From positions 2,824 to 66,823 of the forward strand of contig CANIRG010000001.1 of NCBI GenBank assembly GCA_947469635.1: a stretch of 64,000 nt of DNA, given 5' to 3'. The notes beneath the pieces were generated by a model, which saw only the letters and a program-made list of their open reading frames with translations, had not been told where the DNA came from and searched no databases. The first letter of the stretch is position 1. Each line of letters starts with the position of its first letter. Below are positions 59,771-64,000 of the stretch, piece after piece. Made by a program: the position numbers and the translations under genes. The stretch comes from Rhodospirillales bacterium. Lineage in GTDB: Bacteria > Pseudomonadota > Alphaproteobacteria > Reyranellales > Reyranellaceae.

Positions 59771-61817
59771 GGTTGCCTCCGACCGCGATCACGAGATTGC
59801 CCAGGGCATCGACGGTGGCCGTCGAGCCGGGATCGATCAGCACCGTGGTGTCGAGCTGGGTGACGATGGCCGGCCCCGGCACCGTGGCACCGACCGGCAG
59901 CGCCTCGCGCACGTAGAGCGACGTGTCGAGCCAGACGCCATCGAAATAGACCTTGCGGCTGCCTTTGCGCGCGGCCTCGAGGCTGCCGCCCGGCTCGGGC
60001 GCGAAGGCCGCGAGGTCGATGGCGGCGCGCTTGCCGATCACGGTCGTGCGCAGGTTGGACAGGATCGCCGTCATTTCCGTGAGCTCGATGTCGAAGCGCT
60101 CCTTGTAGCGGGCTTCGAGGCTCTTCAGCACCTTCGCGGCATCGAAGGCGCCTTCGACCGTGACGCGGATCACGTGGCTCTGGCCGCGATAGAGAAGGTC
60201 GGCCTCATGGATCGCGACGATGCCGTCGACCGGCACGTTCTCCTCGGCGATGAGCTTCTCGCCCTGGACGCGTTGCGCGGCGAAGGCCGCATCCATGGCG
60301 GCGGGATCGGCATCGAGCAGCGGCACGCCGATGGTGCGGACGAAGTCGTGGCGCAAATCGCCCAGGATGCAGCCCAGCGCCGAGGTGAGGCCGGGGAAGC
60401 GCGGCACCAGCACGGTCGGCATGCCGAGCTCGCGGGCCAGCGCCACGGCGTGCAGGGGACCCGCGCCGCCGAAGGGAAAGAGCGCGAAGTCGCGCGGATC
60501 GTAGCCCTTCTCGATCGAGACGAGCCGGATGGCGCTGGCGAGATGATTGCTGGCGACGGCCACGATGGCGGCCGCCGTCTCGATGGCATCGAGCCCGAGG
60601 GTCGCGCCGACCGCCTCGACCAGTCGCTGCTTCACCTGCTCGAGCGCGACGGCATTGTTGACGCCGGGCAAGGTGGCGAGATCGAGCCTGCCCAGCACCA
60701 GGTTGGCGTCGGTCACCGTGGGCTCCGTGCCGCCGCGGCCGTAGCAGATCGGTCCCGGCGTGGCGCCGGCACTCTGCGGCCCGACCTGCAGCAGGCCCGC
60801 CTTGGTGATGCGCGCGATCGAGCCGCCGCCGGCGCCGATCGTGTGGATGTCGATCATCGGGATGCGGATCGGCACGCCATAGGCGATGTCCTTCTCCGCC
60901 GAAAGCGCCGGCTCGCCGTTGCGGATCAGCGTCACGTCGAAGCTGGTGCCGCCCATGTCGCAGCCGATCAGGTTGAGATGGCCGGACTGCTTGCCGATAT
61001 GCCCCGCGGCAAGCGCGCCAGCCGCCGGTCCCGACATCACGGTCTGCACCGCATAATCCGACGCGATCGTGCCCGTCATCGTGCCGCCGTTGCCCTGCAT
61101 CACCAGCAGCTGGCTGCGGAAGCGGGCGAGCTTCAGCTCCTTCTCCAGCCGCCCGAGGTAGCGCGACATGATCGGCTGGATATAGCCGTTCAGCGCCGCC
61201 GTGCTGGTGCGTTCGAACTCGCGAACCTCGCGCAGGATGTCGGCGCCGACCGAAACGAAAGCCGTGGGCCAGATCTCCCGCGCGATCTCGCGGGCGGTCT
61301 GCTCGTGCGCGGGGTTGGCGTAGGAATGAATGAAGCTGATGACCAGCGCTTCGGCGCCGAGATCGAGAAGCCGGCGCATGGCCGCGCGCACCGCATCGGT
61401 GTCGAGCGGGATCACGACGTTGCCTTTGGCGTCGATGCGCTCCGGCACCTCGAGTCGCAGCTCGCGCGGGATGAGCGCCTCGAAGCTGCCGATCATGCCG
61501 TAGCCGAAGGGCCGCGTGCGGCGGCCGAGCTCCAGCACGTCGCGGAAGCCCGCGGTGGTGATCAGGCCGCAGCGTGCGCCCTTGCGCTCGAGGATGGCAT
61601 TGGTGCCGACCGTCGTGCCGTGCACCAGCGCCGACAGGTCTTCGACCGCGATGCCGCTGTCGCGCAATCCCGACAGCATGCCGCGCGACTGGTCGTCGGG
61701 AGTCGAGGGGACCTTGACGACGCGGAACCGGTGCGCGCCTTCGTCGACGAACAGCAGGTCGGTGAAGGTGCCGCCGACGTCGATGCCGGCCTGCCACTTG
61801 TTTGGCGAAGTATTCAT
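59760..61817 (-). CDS. Hydantoinase A / 5-oxoprolinase ATP-binding subunit (copy 2)
   Basis: GIDVGGTFTD, HGTTVGTNA, EFERTST, SGPAAG, DMGGTSFD, IGAGGGS, FGGAGPLHA. RBS AAAGGGAG. Confidence 0.93.
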   Translation of the reverse strand: MNTSPNKWQAGIDVGGTFTDLLFVDEGAHRFRVVKVPSTPDDQSRGMLSGLRDSGIAVEDLSALVHGTTVGTNAILERKGARCGLITTAGFRDVLELGRRTRPFGYGMIGSFEALIPRELRLEVPERIDAKGNVVIPLDTDAVRAAMRRLLDLGAEALVISFIHSYANPAHEQTAREIAREIWPTAFVSVGADILREVREFERTSTAALNGYIQPIMSRYLGRLEKELKLARFRSQLLVMQGNGGTMTGTIASDYAVQTVMSGPAAGALAAGHIGKQSGHLNLIGCDMGGTSFDVTLIRNGEPALSAEKDIAYGVPIRIPMIDIHTIGAGGGSIARITKAGLLQVGPQSAGATPGPICYGRGGTEPTVTDANLVLGRLDLATLPGVNNAVALEQVKQRLVEAVGATLGLDAIETAAAIVAVASNHLASAIRLVSIEKGYDPRDFALFPFGGAGPLHAVALARELGMPTVLVPRFPGLTSALGCILGDLRHDFVRTIGVPLLDADPAAMDAAFAAQRVQGEKLIAEENVPVDGIVAIHEADLLYRGQSHVIRVTVEGAFDAAKVLKSLEARYKERFDIELTEMTAILSNLRTTVIGKRAAIDLAAFAPEPGGSLEAARKGSRKVYFDGVWLDTSLYVREALPVGATVPGPAIVTQLDTTVLIDPGSTATVDALGNLVIAVGGNHGA

Positions 61818-61875
61818 CGGACTCCCTTTCGCCAAGCGATCAATTCACGCCAAGGGTCGCTGCACAAGGACTTAG

Positions 61876-61891
61876 TGCAATTGTAGTGCCA
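61876..61891 (-). promoter_or_regulatory. Sigma54 (-24/-12) promoter for the hydantoinase/Liv operon
   Basis: Minus strand TGGCACTACAATTGCA is an exact match to TGGCAC-N5-TTGCA, about 60 bp upstream of ATG 61817. Confidence 0.78.
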
Positions 61892-61913
61892 CCCTGCCGC
61901 CAAGGATCGCCAC

Positions 61914-61929
61914 TGGCCCGCCGCTTGCT
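61914..61929 (+). promoter_or_regulatory. Possible sigma54 promoter for the amidohydrolase gene
   Basis: TGGCCCGCCGCTTGCT (GG-N10-GC). The implied transcription start falls at about the ATG (61941), i.e. nearly leaderless. Confidence 0.42.
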
Positions 61930-61940
61930 TCCCTTGAGGA

Positions 61941-62999
61941 ATGGCCCTCCCGCTGATCGACGTCCACACCCACATGTACCTGCCACGCTACGTCGCACTG
62001 CTGCGCGAGCGCCAGCAGGTGCCGCGCATCGTCTCCCGCGCCAAAGGCGATCGGTTGATCATCCTGCCCGACGAAGAGGCGGATGGTTCGACCTCGGCCG
62101 GCCGGCCGATCGGCAGTGAGTTCTATGAGGTGAGCCGCAAGCTCGCCTTCATGGACCAGCATGGTATCGCCGTCTCGGTCGTGAGCTCGGCCAATCCCTG
62201 GATCGATTTCGTGGAGCCGGCCGAGGCGCCGGCACTTGCCGCCCAGCTCAACGAGGATCTCGAATCGATCTGCGCCGCGTCCAATGGTAGGCTCTATGGC
62301 TTCGGCGTGCTGGCGCTGCAGCGGCCCGAGACCTGTGCCGCCGAGCTGAAGCGCATCGCCGGCCTGCCGCATATGCGCGGCATCATCATCGGCTCGGCCG
62401 GACGCGGGCGCGGTCTCGACGATCCCGACTTCGAGCCGATCTGGAAGGCCGCCGCCGACCTCGATCTCTTCGTCTTCATCCATCCCCACTACGGCATCGG
62501 ACACAGCCTCTTCCCCGACACCGGCCATGCGCTGCTGCTGGCGCTGGGCTTCACCTTCGAGACCTCGATCGCGGTGTCGCTCCTCATCCTGCGCGGCGTG
62601 CTGGAACGCCATCCCGCGTTGAAGCTGCTGATCGCCCATGCCGGCGGCACGCTGCCCTATCTCGCCGGGCGCCTGGACTCCTGCGTGAAGAACGACATCT
62701 CCAAGGATTTCGGCCTGTCCAAGCCGCCCAGCCACTATCTGCACCAGTGCTGGTTCGACGCCATCGCCTATCACGCGCCGGCACTGGCGGCGCTCACTGC
62801 CTTCGCCGATCCGGCCAAGATCATGTTTGGCACCGACCATCCGTTCTTCCGTCCTCACGTGACAGACGACGTGCTCGACAAGACGACCTGGCCCTCGCCC
62901 GAGGAGAATCTTGCGGCGCTGTCGGCCATGAGCCCCGAGGTGCAGAAGGCGATCGCCTACGAGAACGGCCTGAAGGCCTTCGGCATCGCGCTGCCTTAG
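61941..62999 (+). CDS. Amidohydrolase_2 (ACMSD-like) decarboxylase, uracil-5-carboxylate (isoorotate) decarboxylase-like
   Basis: IDVHTHMY, AGRPI, SANPW.DF, FIHPHYG, LALGF.FET, AHAGGTLPYLAGRLDSC, MFGTDHPFF. Confidence 0.85.
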   Translation: MALPLIDVHTHMYLPRYVALLRERQQVPRIVSRAKGDRLIILPDEEADGSTSAGRPIGSEFYEVSRKLAFMDQHGIAVSVVSSANPWIDFVEPAEAPALAAQLNEDLESICAASNGRLYGFGVLALQRPETCAAELKRIAGLPHMRGIIIGSAGRGRGLDDPDFEPIWKAAADLDLFVFIHPHYGIGHSLFPDTGHALLLALGFTFETSIAVSLLILRGVLERHPALKLLIAHAGGTLPYLAGRLDSCVKNDISKDFGLSKPPSHYLHQCWFDAIAYHAPALAALTAFADPAKIMFGTDHPFFRPHVTDDVLDKTTWPSPEENLAALSAMSPEVQKAIAYENGLKAFGIALP

Positions 63000-63808
63000 C
63001 GGCTGTCGTAGATCCGGATGACGACCGCTTCGAGCGCGAGGAAGAAGGTGAACAGCACGATGCCGACGCCGCACAGCAGCAGGATGCTGGCGAGCAGCAA
63101 TGCGGTCTCGAAATTGTTGGCCGAGAACAGGATGATGTAGCCCAGCCCCACCTGGGCGGTGATGAACTCGCCCAGCACCACGCCGATCACCGCGAAGGTG
63201 ACGCCGATGCGCAGGCCGCTGAAGATATGCGGCAGGGCGAAGGGGAATTTTACGCGCAGGAACATCTGCGCGCGCGACATCATCAGGGAGCGGCAGAGCC
63301 GCTCGTAGTTGGGCGGTGCGGCCTGCAGGCCGGCGATGGTCGCCACCACGACGGGGAAGAAGGCGATGAAGACGGAGAAGATCACGTTGGCGGCAAAGCC
63401 GGTGCCGAACCACAGCAGGAAGACCGGCGCCAGCGCCACCTTGGGAATGAGCTGGAAGAAGACGATGGTGGGATAGACCGCCTGCATCAGCGTGCGCGAA
63501 TAGGAGACGGCGGCGCCGAGCGCGATGCCAAGAGCTGCGGCCAGCACAATGCCGGCAACGGCACCCCAGAAGGTGGGCTGCGCCTGGTCCAGCAGGATAC
63601 TCAGCGAGCGCATCAGCGTGTCGAACACCTTGCTCGGGGCGGGCAGGAGACGTGCGCTCACCAGCCCGTTGCGGCTGGCCAGCTCCCAGCCGCCGAACAG
63701 CAGCGTCGCCGCGGCCAGCGGTGGTGCGATCAGCCTTGCGCCGTCGCGACCAAGGCCGGCGAAATCCGGCCAGGTGAGGCGGCGCAGCGGCAGGCCGATG
63801 TCGGTCAT
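62996..63808 (-). CDS. ABC transporter permease (NitT/TauT type)
   Basis: LLPAPS, QLIPKVALAP, ALPHIFSGLR, VIGVVLGEF. Confidence 0.9.
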   Translation of the reverse strand: MTDIGLPLRRLTWPDFAGLGRDGARLIAPPLAAATLLFGGWELASRNGLVSARLLPAPSKVFDTLMRSLSILLDQAQPTFWGAVAGIVLAAALGIALGAAVSYSRTLMQAVYPTIVFFQLIPKVALAPVFLLWFGTGFAANVIFSVFIAFFPVVVATIAGLQAAPPNYERLCRSLMMSRAQMFLRVKFPFALPHIFSGLRIGVTFAVIGVVLGEFITAQVGLGYIILFSANNFETALLLASILLLCGVGIVLFTFFLALEAVVIRIYDSR

Positions 63809-64000
63809 TCGCCGTGCCAGCGCCGGACGGCGACTTCGCCCGCGTGGACCGCGCCGTAACAGGCGAGGCCGATGACGCAGAGCATCGTGATCGCGGCCAA
63901 TATGAGGTCGGTCTGCAGCAGGGCCGCGCTCTTCAGGATGAGGAAGCCCAGGCCTTCCGAGGAGGAGATGAATTCGGCCACGATGACGCCGATCACCGCC
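63805..64000 (-). CDS. ABC transporter permease (NitT/TauT type), only C-terminus in window
   Basis: AVIGVIVAEFISSSEGLGFLI... Stop overlaps the next permease start; the 5' part lies beyond the window. Confidence 0.82.
   Translation of the reverse strand, partial: AVIGVIVAEFISSSEGLGFLILKSAALLQTDLILAAITMLCVIGLACYGAVHAGEVAVRRWHGE

Overview
High-GC bacterial DNA, probably an alphaproteobacterium (inferred from the cyclic beta-1,2-glucan synthase and overall gene content). The window is densely coding and dominated by solute uptake and catabolism. In order: (1) a LysR-controlled operon (NMT1/THI5-type ABC importer, FAD oxidoreductase, family III CoA-transferase, frameshifted enoyl-CoA hydratase, ferredoxin); (2) a secreted alpha/beta hydrolase; (3) a sugar ABC importer with no ATPase gene; (4) an 8.6-kb cyclic beta-1,2-glucan synthase (ndvB/cgs), followed by a GANTC/TGAGAC repeat cluster and three small convergent hypothetical genes, one of them a 46-aa basic ORF absent from the ORF track; (5) a methyltransferase fused to an apparently circularly permuted, inactive hydrolase, plus NIPSNAP and Gfo/Idh/MocA genes divergent from a second sugar ABC operon; (6) an LLM oxidoreductase, an EthD-like gene and ppc; (7) three NtaA/DmoA-type monooxygenases around a dipeptide-type ABC importer; (8) hutIHU; (9) a region with sigma54-like promoters holding a PhyH dioxygenase with ABC importer, two hydantoinase/oxoprolinase A/B pairs around a Liv-type importer, and a divergent amidohydrolase that closely resembles fungal uracil-5-carboxylate (isoorotate) decarboxylase. 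Region 9 is the best candidate for an undescribed system: a nitrogen-regulated pathway for salvage or catabolism of modified pyrimidines or cyclic amides. I saw no rRNA, tRNA, CRISPR array, transposase or integrase. All assignments come from reading motifs by eye; no searches were run.
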